DNA of 63,971 bases, the filler included, from Reticulomyxa filosa (taxonomy: Eukaryota; Protista; Foraminifera), in assembly GCA_000512085.1 (NCBI GenBank). It is 21 parts of 21 records of this genome, joined end to end, with 100 filler letters (N's around TTAATTAATTAA, not from the genome) between each part and the next. Parts side by side here need not be neighbours in the genome. Positions count along the whole stretch, not along the records: positions 49,080 to 53,616 come from ASPP01004576.1; positions 53,717 to 58,204 come from ASPP01008310.1; positions 58,305 to 60,192 come from ASPP01048300.1; positions 60,293 to 61,360 come from ASPP01035973.1; positions 61,461 to 62,830 come from ASPP01024824.1; positions 62,931 to 63,971 come from ASPP01013173.1; 15 more parts are not named here. One strand, given 5' to 3'. The notes beneath the pieces are model-generated. The model searched no databases. It was given only the letters and a program-made list of their open reading frames with translations, and had not been told where the DNA came from. Positions 52,001 to 63,971 of the stretch are shown piece after piece. Position 1 is the first letter of the stretch. Every line of letters starts with the position of its first letter. A program made the position numbers and the translations under genes.

Positions 52001-53616
52001 TTTGGATTGCTGTCATTCTTCCGTGTGTTGGATCATATATCGTCGAAGAATTTGATCTCGACAATATCTTATTTCAATTCGAAGTCACGTCGTGGCCCAC
52101 CTTCTTGTAAAATATTGTTATTGATTTGATTCGTAGTATCAAAAATATTCAAATGGATTGCCGAAAAGAAGTGCGCAATGCACGGAATTTATTGCTTGTA
52201 ATACGGTCCACAATGCACAATTTCCGCCGTGTACGTTTATTCAATTGTTGCTCCATTGCCGCTCCACTTTTTTGGTGATATCAACGCTTGCGCAAATTGC
52301 ATCTCTATTGTGTGCAGACATGTCGAAAGTAGATATTAGTTGATCATACTTCCGGACTCAATCCCAATTTTATGACCAATTATACGACAACGTGCAAAGA
52401 TTTGGCTTTATCTATTCTGATCGAGCAAGCAATATCAAAGTTTACCAGCAGCTCGAGCACGTATTAAAGAAAAAGCAGCGTTCGATCAAAAGATATACAA
52501 TCAATATTTGCAACCGGGGTCTCAATAGTCGCATCTCCTGAATATCTTGTACATTCAAGCATCGCCTCCAAAACGTTGTACCAAGACACGTGTGGACAAT
52601 CGTTATATATCTGGAAAGCGGGCAATCCCATTTTAAATAAATAATCCTACATAAGCTCAAATTCCATGGTCAAATATTGCTTTCCAATGGAAATGCGTAC
52701 ACAATCTCATCTGGTGCAAATATGGCGGGACGACGACAATGGTAGTCAATGGATGCTATTCTCATGTAGCACCCATGCAATTTACATAACCAAATCGTTC
52801 GAGCCAGTGATGAGCTTTGCAATACGATAACATTGAATATGGACTATTTTGTCTATCAGCACAATGGAGGTGGTCGCCGTTATCATTGACATGTACGTAA
52901 AAGTAATTGACGTGTCATTGTTTGGCTGTATATTTCAATCACAAGACAAATGACAGTAACCGAAATGACTGTATCCAATTGAAACATTGGGACCCAGTGA
53001 AAACTTCAGAGATTGTGAGCAAGTGGTTCAAAGCAGCTCTCCAGTATATGTAACAAGTATTCCATTGAATATTGCGGCTTTGGCTGTTGTGCAAGCATTG
53101 AATACGTTATTCTCAATAACAGGTGGTATTGGGTGCTGTTCGCAGACACTTGGGTACCTCTGGCAATGGCGCTGTTCAAATTTCTCGCCCTCCAAATTCG
53201 TGTTCCACATGAAAAAAGCCATGACCACATCAACGGCCATAAATATAATCGTGTTATGAGCCACCACAACCATCGAGAATAAAGAAGGCGATGTGAATCA
53301 ATATCCATCGACATTTACGACAGTGTGATTGTTCAACTGGTAAATATCGCAATTACATTCAAAAAATGGATTGGTTCGTGGTGAATCCACAAATCGATCC
53401 ATACAATTAAAGAAAGGAACGAGAAAACCTTTCTGTGATTGTAGTGAATATAAATGTGATGTTGCCATTGGACAACGGTAGCAGAGAATTATGGAGATAA
53501 TGAAGTGGTCGTTATTACGCAGAAAATATCCCTTGTGACATGGATAGAAGTTCCATTTAATAAATGAAAGAGTTGTATTTCACTCTCTATCCAAAGCTAA
53601 AAGAAATTACTCCACA
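49080..53616. other. Unresolved region of decayed coding-like sequence
   Basis: Less AT-rich than intergenic DNA with many short ORFs on both strands but no long frame; family not recognised. Confidence 0.3.
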
Positions 53617-53823
53617 NNNNNNNNNNNNNNNNNNNNNNNNNNNNNNNNNNNNNNNNNNNNTTAATTAATTAANNNNNNNNNNNNNNNNNNNNNNNNNNNN
53701 NNNNNNNNNNNNNNNNATATATATATATATATATGTATACATATACATATATGTATATATGAATATATTTATTTATCTTTTTATTTATTTGTTTGTTTAT
53801 TTTATTTTATTTTTTTTGAAGAA

Positions 53824-54245
53824 ATGGAGGGATCTTGTTCCTCGTCACTTGGAAATGACTCCACTTCTAAAGCGAGTGCCTCATTCTCTGATGCACATGG
53901 CCACGTCTCTTCTTCACTTCCCAAATCTGGTACTGATACTTCCACTTCATTTTCCTATGTCTTTCACGGAGGCAACAAAGAACGCATTGACAGAGGACAG
54001 CTGTTCTCTTCCACTTCCACTTCCACTTCCACGTCCACTTCTCGCTCTCAAACCAATAGTGACTCTGTTCGACACCAAAACTGTAAGTGTGATACTGCGC
54101 GGTCCTATCCTTCCACTATCGTCCAAGATCACGTCCACAAAACGTCATCCTCGTCTTTCCGTCGATGGTATTGTCTACGTTGTGTTCGTTTCTTTAGATT
54201 GTTTGCCGGAGCCAAACAGCAATCTCTCCGAAACATAGAACACTT
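53824..54245 (+). CDS. Ser/Thr-rich hypothetical protein exon
   Basis: Open low-complexity frame with a (TCCACT)n STST repeat following an intron-like T-rich stretch. Confidence 0.35.
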
Positions 54246-54723
54246 TCTTTTGTACGCAAACTTGTGTTGTTGCTTGTGTCTATGCTTATGTTTGTATTTG
54301 TATTTGTACTTGTATTTGTGTTCTTTTTTCATTTTTTTTTTGTTGAACATAAAGATCCACAACCCACTTCTACACTCCGTCGATCCAGTATTCCCATTAA
54401 TTGCAGTCTTCCCTTTTTTTTTTGTACTTTCTTCTTCTTTAGCTGTGTGGAGTTGTCACGTGCTCACCCTTTTTTTCTTCTTCTTATCTCCCAAGTTTTC
54501 AATCCACGAGATCGCATCATTTCGCTTTTTTTAGTATAAACACAAAGCACATAAAATTTGTTGGTCACACGCTTTTTTTTGCGATTTTTATTCAAAAAGC
54601 TTTAGCAAAATTGACATAACAATTAAAATTGCTTAACAAAAAAAAAATAAGCGGGGTGAACCAGAGAAATTGTTTAAATGTCAGAAGGGTGCACCAGAAA
54701 GAAAAATTCGAAAAAGAGTAGCA

Positions 54724-55703
54724 ATGAGTAATGATATAGAGCAATTTTTTACAATAAAAGCCTCTCTATTAACACAGCAGCTCAGAGTATGTGCAAAAAC
54801 GCTGAATGAAGAAGCGCATTCTGGGATTAAAAGAGTGTTGTCGAATAAACTCGCTCACTGTGCCCCAGAGGATATAGACATAGGCGTCCAAAACGCCAAA
54901 AATCGGGTAAGCAGACGAATTGATAAAATCTGCGATAAATTCGAATTGCATGTAAAACAAGACGTGTTTGACGTGCCTGCGGGTTTGTCCCTTCATCAAG
55001 TTAACTTTATGACTTTTACAAAGGGAAAAAAAAGAATAAATTCCGCTGTGTCGGATTTTTATTGAAAAAATAAACCTCGGACTTTTTGTCTCAAGTATGC
55101 GTAAAAAAAAACAAACAAGAAACAGCCACATACGTACAACCAATCAAAAAAATAAAAATAAAGGCACAACCAAATGAACAACACTATCGGCTACCAAATG
55201 AAAAATTGAATGAATTGGACGAAGAAAGAAAAAATTTGGAAAAGCAATACATGGAAAAGCTGAAACATTTGCAGTATATGAAACGCAAAAATCAAATGTT
55301 GCGTGCAATGTACGATGCAAACCACAAAAACGTTGTCTTGTGTGGAAACTTGAAAAAACAGTCTTTGAAGACAACTGAAATGAATGATACTCTATCACGG
55401 TTCGAGTCCAATTTGCAAGACAAAGAAAATAATATTCATCATGCTTTGAAACAAATCGCTCAAATGGGTGTTGCCGTTCCAAACCGTGATATTGCTACTC
55501 TTAAAGCCTCACAGCCACACAAGGTCGACGCGTGGAGAAACGACCATATAGGTATGTCCATTTTTTCCCTTCCCCCTCGCTCTCTCCCAATTACGTTTGC
55601 TATTCTCTTTTATTTTTGTTGTCTCACAGAACTGTTGCAAAACGTGGAATCGCTGGAGCAATTGCAAAATCAACAAAATGAAATTTCTCATTGTTTTCCT
55701 TGA
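54724..55703 (+). CDS. MIS12: Kinetochore protein Mis12/Mtw1, 3 exons
   Basis: Exons 54724-54999, 55164-55551 and 55630-55703 join in frame. EQFF...EDIDIGVQ...IDKICDKFELHVKQDVFDVP matches the Mis12 head (DKxFDKFELYxLRNIFxIP), followed by a coiled coil. Confidence 0.78.
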
Positions 55704-56174
55704 CTTCTTTTGAGAGAAGCTTATTTAAGATATCTTTTTGTTCTGTTAACTAAACTGGAAAATTCTGTTAAAAACATTAAACTTTCATTCTCTTATTCGT
55801 AAGTAATCCTATGACACTAATTCCAAAATAAACAAGGTAAGTGACTCTTTGCTTTGTCAAGCATTTTTTAAAACTGTCAAACAAAAAATGAAGGCATTTT
55901 GATCAAAAAACAAAGAACAAATTAAACAATTATACCAAGAATGAGGAACACAAGCAAATTAACACAAAAATCTTTCCAGCATACAGTAGCCAAATAATAG
56001 TTGTTATGAAAAAAAAGATTAGTTTAATTTTAAGTTTCGCTCAGTAATTAGCTTTCTAAAAAAAAGGAACCACTAAAAAAAAAAAAAGATTATGTTGAAG
56101 GTACCAGGCGACTGAGGTTTATGAATTTAGATTAACTTTTCTTTTTTTTTTCTTCCCTCAATGAAGCTTCGATA

Positions 56175-57134
56175 ATGATTACATGTTTTCAACCGCAATT
56201 GGAAGGTCCTCTTGTGTATCAAGTTGCGCCAACGCCAAAAGGGAACTGTGTGACCTGTCTCGATGTCAACGAGAAGCAAGGTTGGTTAATTAGCGGACAA
56301 ATGAGTGGAACAGTAAATGCGTGGAAATTGCCAAAGTTGAAGAGTAACCCGTTTGAGCACCTCCATAGTGGATCGAGTGTAAACAATAAGAATGCCCCGC
56401 TAATGTCATTTCGTCGTTGGGAGCAAAGTGATGGCTACAAAGATGTGCTTTATTTGCAGCCGTCGTCAAAGTCAAATGAAAGAGCAAGCATGAGTAGTAT
56501 GACAAACAACAATAACAATAACAATAATAATAACAATAATAATAATAATAACAATAATAATAATAATAATAATAATAGTAATAACAATGCATTAAAAATT
56601 AAAAAAACATTATCGAAAAAGGGTAACAATGAATTAATGGAAATAACAATAACCCAAACAAAAACGCAAACATCAGCGGGGATGGAAATAACGCGTTATC
56701 ACAAGTTCCAATGCCGTAATTTGAACCCATTTGCCCAGGAAATGGTGAGACACGTGCGTGTGTCGTCGTTGTGGAACGACAAAGTGATTGCGCTGATAGG
56801 GTTCGGGAATGTGAAGATCTGGCGCAACGCACTGTCCTTGGCGAAATTTCGTGCGAGAACATCAGTTTGACTCCGTTTTTATCCCAGCTGAATATCAGCA
56901 CGACCGAGTCGCTATTTTCGATTTGCGGTGCGCAATTTCTGCGAATTTTCTGTCCCTTTCACAGAAAATTCGTGGAAATGAACCTGTTGTGTCAGGAGGA
57001 TATCAAGACGCCAAACGAGAACAAGCCGAGCAATAATCCAAGCAATCGCGAAGATGGCCACTGGTACAAGCGATTATTGATCACTAACGAAAAAAAGGAT
57101 CAAGTCAAGAATGATAATGCTGATGATCGTGATG

Positions 57135-57167
<33 letters not shown>

Positions 57168-58168
57168 GTGACAACGATGATGATAATGACGATGACGGTG
57201 ACGATACAAATAGTCACAAAGCTTATTTTTGTGAAATCAATGACGAATTTTCGCAAGATTGCTTTATCATTGGCGGTAATGATGATTATGTGGCTTGTCG
57301 CAAACAGGTGAAAAGTCAACAATATAATACTTTTTTTCCTTTTTCCAATCGTCGTGTTTTGTATCAAAACGTATACGTCAAACAACTGTCCAAGCAAAAT
57401 ACGGACGAACTTTCGGATATGTCCTTGCAACACGCTTTACCATCACAAAAAAATTTCTTCGAACTCAAAACCAAATACCCAAAAAAAGACTCACATTTTT
57501 ATCAAGTCCGTCTTGCCAAAGCTTTTGAAAATTTTCGCTTGCAAAGTCCGCGTACTCCATCCAGTCGTCATCCCTCTGCCGGTTCCAATCCATCGGACCC
57601 AAATCACAAACACACACCTACAAACGACGCCGCAGAGCCTTCGGTGTCTGCGCCACATCTGTTGTTAGATCTCCAAGACTCGAGCTGGGGATTCATTATT
57701 GACGGTTTGGTGTCCGTTTATAAGAAAGATTTTTTTTTTTTTTTTTTAAGTTTGTAGGTCCCCCCCCCCCTTCTCTTTTTTCCAAATGTTGTACGATTAA
57801 AATAAATTTTTTTTTTATGAATAGGTGATACTATGGCCTATGTACTGTCCTCGAATGCGAATATCATTCGCGTTATTCAATGGAATGGAGATAACGGGCC
57901 GGACAATCACAATGCGAAAATTGTCAATACATGTGACAATGGCAAACGGAGTTTCATTTTGACCATGGATTATCGAGATGGAATTCTAGTTGCTTTGTCT
58001 TCTGATCACAAAATATCTGTTTTTCTTCACGGCCGTAAAATTGCAGTTGCTACAAATATTCCTGGAACTTTTGTTCCTGGTTATGCGTACATTGTCAAAA
58101 GAAGTTGGAACGCACTTAATTTAGTATATTACACCGCAGATGAGGGAATTTTTGTTGTTGAATTTTGA
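56175..58168 (+). CDS. Divergent WD40-repeat protein with poly-Asn insertions; one frameshift
   Basis: VTCLDV...LISGQMSGTVNAWKL, VRHVRV...GNVKIW, ILTMDY...SSDHKISVF; frameshift at ~56820. Confidence 0.65.
56505..56586. repeat. (AAT/AAC)n poly-Asn microsatellite
   Basis: About 27 Asn codons in frame within the WD40 gene. Confidence 0.95.
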
Positions 58169-58304
58169 AGACAAAGCAATCCTCATGTAATTTTTTTTTT
58201 TTTTNNNNNNNNNNNNNNNNNNNNNNNNNNNNNNNNNNNNNNNNNNNNTTAATTAATTAANNNNNNNNNNNNNNNNNNNNNNNNNNNNNNNNNNNNNNNN
58301 NNNN

Positions 58305-58490
58305 CATCAATAGTTGGTAGTGGAAGCATAACGTGTGGTCTTGCTTTGAAGTGTTAGGACCTGTTTATGCATATAACATTAATTAATGCCAATGCATATT
58401 TTTACAAAGAAATTCTATTTGATGAAATGCTCAGAAAACATTAATTGGTGTTTAGAAGATAATGGAAATTGTATATTTCAGCAAGATAAA
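58305..58490 (+). mobile_element. Tc1 transposase fragment, same family as 17760-18330
   Basis: 58352-58489 aligns at nucleotide level with 17919-18058 (TGTTAGGACCTGTTTATGCAT...GGAAATTGTATATTTCAGCAAGATAA). Confidence 0.88.
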
Positions 58491-58979
58491 AATTTTACCC
58501 AAACTAATTGTGAATCATTGCAGATGGAACATCGGCAATGTAAGAATATTATTAAAAGAGGATAAATTTATGATAAATTTTCATTTGACATTTCATGAAC
58601 ATATTTATCATATCAATAATTATTCAAAAATTGAGCTCAAAGATTGATATTAAATTTTACATTCAATTCTTTTATTTTAAAATAAATATGTTGATACGTA
58701 TCAGAAATAAGCACATTAACAAAAATTTTTTTCAATAAATTTTTATCTATTGAAATGTTAAAATTATTCATTAATTTTTTTTTTTAACATAAACACAAAT
58801 CTTTGCTGTGCTGACATTTAATGAAGAAATATGAAATTATTTTGTAAATATTATTTAAATTTATGATTTATTTTTTGGATAACAAATAATTTAGATCGCT
58901 GATCAATCATTTGACTACATTGAAAATAATAATAATAATAATGTCGCTAATCTCATTGCATTGTTGATCCAAGTGCTGA

Positions 58980-59400
58980 AAATGCCAAGAGTACTTGAAA
59001 CAGCTGACGACCAATCCATCTTATCACCATAACAATCCGCAACGATTTAGACATATGAAAAATAAAACGGTGATATTGGAATATGTATGATGAAAATGAA
59101 ATGACCTCCGAATCATTGCCGACAATCCAAACTGACCAGCGTGGAGATGCTTATACAATTGATTCATCGACGACGTGAAAATAATATCAATGTTGAAATC
59201 ATTGGTACTGTGATCTCTTCTTTCATCCAGTATCACACTGAAACCAAAATGGAAAGGACGAACAACGGAAATGAGGATTATCAGAATGATAATTACAATA
59301 GTAATGATAATCTTTTGAATGGTGAAATGCAGACCAATTATGAACAAAAGAGGGAACAACAGTATGAATTCTCTGTATTGCAATTCTTGGTCATATTTTT
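58980..59400 (+). pseudogene. Possible decayed cullin N-terminal fragment
   Basis: LIQLIHRRRENNINVEIIGTVISSF resembles cullin LLxLIxxERxGExIDxxLIKxVIxS; flanked by stops. Confidence 0.3.
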
Positions 59401-60599
59401 GTGTTTAAAACAGTGTAGTTCAACTGGATTATTTACGATTTTTTAAAATTACAACCAAAAAAAGGTCCCTACTGTTGTTAGCTGGTTGTATTTTAACATT
59501 AAATAATGCGAATGATATATAAATATTTCTAGGAAAAGATAAAACTGCATGCAACTATTTGAAGAGTTTTAATGAATCAGCGACAAAAGGATTATTTGAT
59601 CCGAAAGTGTCAATATAAAGTTTATTGTTGTGAGTGAGTTATTGCACTTTTTTCAAAATTTTGAGTTAATTAGAATATATTTTATTTTTCAATTTGAAAA
59701 GTATTTTCAAATATTTGAATGGAAATGAAAGAATATGAAAGTTAAAACAACAAAAATTTGTAAATTCTAATTTTTTTGTTCTTTGTAACTAAGTTTTAAA
59801 AAAGAAATTTTGCGACGACGTTAAACCTATTTTACAAAAGGATTTTAACTGTATTTTTTGAATGACAAAAAATTGTATCAAATAATTGTCAATTTGCATC
59901 TTTTAGTGCTTGACATCAATCAAATCAAACAAGTTTAATATCAATTTACTTTCCTTTTAATAAAACCTTTCAAGCAAAAACTCTTTCATTTCTTATTTGA
60001 CAAAAAAAGTAAATTATCCCCAAACACGAATGAGACCTTTGCGTGAACCATAACACAAATTCAAATCATATTTAATATTTTTTGTCTTCTCTTTCTTTTT
60101 CAAGACAATAAATTTAAAACAACTTATTCCATTATCTTCTTTCTCATATCCTTTAATCATAAATAATTCATTCTTATTTGATCGAATATCCCNNNNNNNN
60201 NNNNNNNNNNNNNNNNNNNNNNNNNNNNNNNNNNNNTTAATTAATTAANNNNNNNNNNNNNNNNNNNNNNNNNNNNNNNNNNNNNNNNNNNNAATGTAAC
60301 ATCTATCTTTAGAATTAAATAATTAAAAAAAATGCTACAAATTGAGGAAAAATGGGATGTTAATTCCTTTTTTGAATTGTCTTTGATGCGCATATCTAAA
60401 AAAATCTTTTTACAAAAAAAAAGAGAAAAATTACGAAAGGTATATTTTGACTTGGAAAAATTTAACATTACGCATTTTCCGTATATTCTAGTTTTATCCT
60501 TGATTTAAAATGTCTTTTTTGTTATTTTTTCAAAATGGTCAAGCCACATATCCTTTTTTTTTAAAGAGTTAAACTACTTACAAAAATTCAGTAGAATTG

Positions 60600-61058
60600 A
60601 CAACATGGGTAATCAAAACACAGTCCACTTTCAAACTTTGAAAGCCTTAGTGTTCTAACGCAAATTTATATCTTGATTTTTCCTGTTTCATTATCAGCAA
60701 TGGTTTATTCTTTTTTGTAATAGCACTTAGATTAATTTGCTTTAACATATTTGTAATTGTTGAACGCGAACAAGTAGCAAAATTTATTCTTTCTATTTAT
60801 CTTATAACATATCTTGATATAAAACTTATCAGTTATCATATATATGACAATAATACGATGCAATATCAAAGGTATCTTTTGCGGACATCCAGTAAGTTGT
60901 TTTTTCAAAATTTTGCAATCTTTTTTAAAATTTAAAAACAATTTCATAACACACTCATTGCTAACTTTAAATTTTTTGGTCACTTTACGATAGATTGAGC
61001 CATTTCGTACTATTTCTACAGCAAGACCTTTCACAAAACAATCGACATGTTTTACCAT
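60600..61058 (-). mobile_element. Decayed Tc1 transposase N-terminal DNA-binding region
   Basis: GSIYRKVTKKFKVS (HTH), TGCPQK (GRPRK linker) and KKNKPLL...SRYKFALEH (RKKPLL...RLKFAKEH). Confidence 0.75.
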
Positions 61059-61460
61059 TTTAACAAAAATAGTAAAATTGATGAAAATTTCGCACAAAGC
61101 ACCGGATGTTGATGTTCGTTGATTGATTAATTTACTTGTTATTATTAATATCACATATATTAAATATACATATTTGAAAACGATTTTGTCGAATTAATTA
61201 ATCCCCAATTGTATACGATAAATTGAATCTTTTCTTCTTCACAAAAAATAAAATAATAAAAAAAGTGAAATACTTTCTGAAAGCTTGTAACTTTACAAAC
61301 GTCTACTTATTTATCTTTTTTTACAAATGCACTGGAACAACGATCTTGATAATTTTTCTTNNNNNNNNNNNNNNNNNNNNNNNNNNNNNNNNNNNNNNNN
61401 NNNNTTAATTAATTAANNNNNNNNNNNNNNNNNNNNNNNNNNNNNNNNNNNNNNNNNNNN

Positions 61461-61785
61461 CGTCTGTGTGAATAATAGTGATATGATAATTTCCAATTTC
61501 ATCAATAATACAGTCAACAACATAAACACATCCATTAATTGTGATATCATCAAATACAATATTTTGAGAATGAAATGAACAAATAGAATATGGTCCAATT
61601 GTTAATTTCTTTTTCATATATTCATTTGAATTGATCATCGTTGAAAAAGGAATATAATTTTGAGATATTTGACTATTTGATTTTGCTAATTGGTCGATAT
61701 TCGTTGAAACAAGTTTTTTTGGAGTAGATTTTGGGAATGATAATTTTATTATTCTTTGGGGGGAGAAGAATAGATTTGCTTTCAC
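61461..61785 (-). CDS. Hypothetical protein fragment, possibly pseudogene
   Basis: Open frame running into the linker (PYSICSFHSQNIVFDDITINGCVYVVDC); no family assigned. Confidence 0.3.
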
Positions 61786-62051
61786 TTTTTTTTTCTAATT
61801 CAATTTTGATTCCTTGTTTCAAAAAAAAAAAAGGTGAAACAAGAAACTTTGCTGAGCTTATTTTAGTTCATTTCAATTACACAAATTTTAATTCATTTTC
61901 AAAAGATGTGCATAATAAAAACATAAATCAAGCAATACCAATTTTTTTCTTTCAAAGAATTAAAAAATAATTTGTTTTCATCTCGAATATGGAAAAAAAT
62001 AAGTTTGTTTTTAAAAAAGGAAAGAGGAAGTAACGACATAGAAGAGATTGC

Positions 62052-62830
62052 ATGATCAAATCAGATACGCAAAGCGAACATGTATTACCAAAATTATTTC
62101 TTCTCTCCAGACATGTATGTGCACGACTAAAGCGGCAGGTCTTGCCATTATATCAGTCCGTCAAGTTCGAGCACGTGTCTCAAAAGAAACAGAGCCCATT
62201 ACCACAAGAAGAAAATGGCACGAGAGAATTGACAAAGAGAACATCCGTACCTGAATTGTTTGTTTTTTTTTTGTGTTTTTTTAAATTTGCATTTAAATGT
62301 ATATTTTGCAAATACTTCATAATGACTTGTAGGGTACTTAAAGAGCCAGTCCGTTCTAGCCTCTATTTCAATCTTGTGACTGAGGCCGTAATAATTTGAT
62401 TCAACCAGCTTTGCATGTTTTTTTAAAGAAAGAGACCACGTGTAATATAACCATATACATGTATATATTTATATAGAGCGTAAGTGACAAAAAAGATAAA
62501 AGATTGGCGGAGTTACTGAAAGAAAGCGCACCCAATCAAGAAACACATTTGAACATGAGAAAGGAACACAAAAAAATAAGTGTGAGCAGGAAAATGAAGA
62601 TTGACAGCGGACAGAAGATAAAAGCCGATTGGAGCAAGAGCAACAAGTACGACCGAGTTGTGCAGTTGGAGGATGACATTATAGGCTCTGTCAACGCAGT
62701 CGATTTTTATAAAAGCAGTGATGTAAAATACGACGATATTGAAACAGACATCAAAAAAAAGTTGAAGACACTGGGCAAGAAGAAGAATACAGCTATCAAC
62801 AATAATAATAATAATAATAATAATAATAAT
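62052..62830 (+). CDS. Hypothetical Lys-rich protein, 5' exons; truncated at (AAT)n
   Basis: ORFs at 62052 and 62504 separated by intron-like stretches; ends in poly-Asn at the contig break. Confidence 0.45.
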
Positions 62831-62930
62831 NNNNNNNNNNNNNNNNNNNNNNNNNNNNNNNNNNNNNNNNNNNNTTAATTAATTAANNNNNNNNNNNNNN
62901 NNNNNNNNNNNNNNNNNNNNNNNNNNNNNN

Positions 62931-63955
62931 CAGCCGACGCTGGCTTCGAAGACCCGCCGGAAATTTCCGCCGAGAAGTTTTGCCGTTTCTTCTGCGTTGA
63001 ATTTCGTGCGCAAGGCAGCTGCCAATTGCGGCAAATCGGCATAACTCGGCATCGCACTCGCACCACCCAGGCCGCGCTGGTCGGTACCGAGGCCGACATG
63101 ATCGATGCCGACGACGTCAACCATCCGTGCGAAGCCGTCCATCGCATAGGCAACGACGTTGGGGAAATAGCCGGCAACCGGCCAGATACCGATGACGCCA
63201 CCGGTCGCGGACACCGCCTTTGCATGATCGGGCAGGATACGGCGCGTCCAGGCAGCGGGCCGGGTGGTGAGCGACGTGTGCGACAGGACGAGAGGCTTCG
63301 TGGTGACGGCAGCAGCCTTCTTCGCGAGCTCGAAAGTTCCATGCGCCACGTCGACCACGATGCCCAGCGCATTGCAGCGGCGGATCACCTCGGCGCCGAA
63401 CGCCGTCAGGCCGTCGCGGACGCTGGGCTCGGTCTGGATGTCGCCCAGCTCATTGGGGCGGTAGTGCGTGAGCTGCAGATGGCGCAGCGCCCAGCGCTGA
63501 TAGGCCTCATCGAGGCGCTCGATCTTGCCTTCCAGAAAATCGGCACCCTCCGACGCGACGATGAGCGACGGCCGGCTGGAGCGCGCCGCCCGCAGCTCCG
63601 CCGAACTCCTGACGATCGCCATCCCCTGCTCGCGCGCGAGCGCATGCAGGGCCGGAAAGGAGCGTTGGCTGAACGCATAGAGTTCGCCCGGGCGAGGATC
63701 GCGACTGGGTCTCAGCCTCCCGCTGCTGCGGTTGATGACGGGCGAATCGGAAACCACGGCCATCGAGATCACCGAGACACCGCCCTGACGCATCGGCTCG
63801 GCAACGGGCGTCGCTGGGCCATGGCCGAAGCTCAACCCGATGAGATTGCCGGCATGGCTGTGCAGGTCCACCGCGGTGCCGTCAGCTGCCTGCGCCATTG
63901 CGCGCGCCGGAAGGCAGAACAGCGGGCTTGCGGCGATCAAGGTCCGCCGCGTCAT
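62931..63955 (-). CDS. Bacterial membrane dipeptidase (peptidase M19) with Tat-like signal
   Basis: MTRRTLIAA...ARAMA signal, DLHSH, SEGADFL, LQLTHY, GLTAFGAEVIRRCNALGIVVDVAH, SHT, DHVGLGTD and LGGNFRRV. Intronless and about 65% GC; alternative GTG start at 63964; the stop is clipped at the contig end. Confidence 0.93.
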
Positions 63956-63971
63956 TCCCGGCACAGCTTCG

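Noticed and set aside
51468-52523. ~15-bp inverted repeat (GACCCCGGTTGCAA) about 1 kb apart as transposon TIRs
   Set aside because: Short and imperfect, with no visible target-site duplication or transposase between; may be chance.

Overview
This window is not a contiguous locus. It is 21 short contigs joined by 20 identical 100-bp artificial linkers (N44-TTAATTAATTAA-N44, stops in all six frames). Contigs 1-20 are AT-rich, intron-containing eukaryotic DNA. Their expanded kelch-like family, many pseudogenes and microsatellite-broken ends resemble the foraminiferan Reticulomyxa filosa (inference, not a database hit). Recognisable genes are ArfGAP, a myristoylated CML21-like protein, a DUF1232 membrane protein, a Deg/HtrA protease, a polycystin-1-like fragment, a METTL21-type methyltransferase, Tpt1, adenylate kinase, HEI10, an MSH1-like MutS, a SAM-domain protein, VPS35, SLC33A1, a 3-exon QCR10-like microprotein, alanine aminotransferase, a USP, MIS12 and a WD40 protein. 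Decayed Tc1 (DD34E) and non-LTR retrotransposon remnants are also present. Contig 21 is a GC-rich bacterial fragment encoding an M19 dipeptidase with a Tat-like signal. No multi-gene system can be claimed across linkers. The best leads are the spliced genes missed by the ORF track (HEI10, QCR10-like, CML21-like), a consistent G>A/C>T decay signature in duplicated genes and transposons, and A-rich 3' splice sites lacking a polypyrimidine tract.
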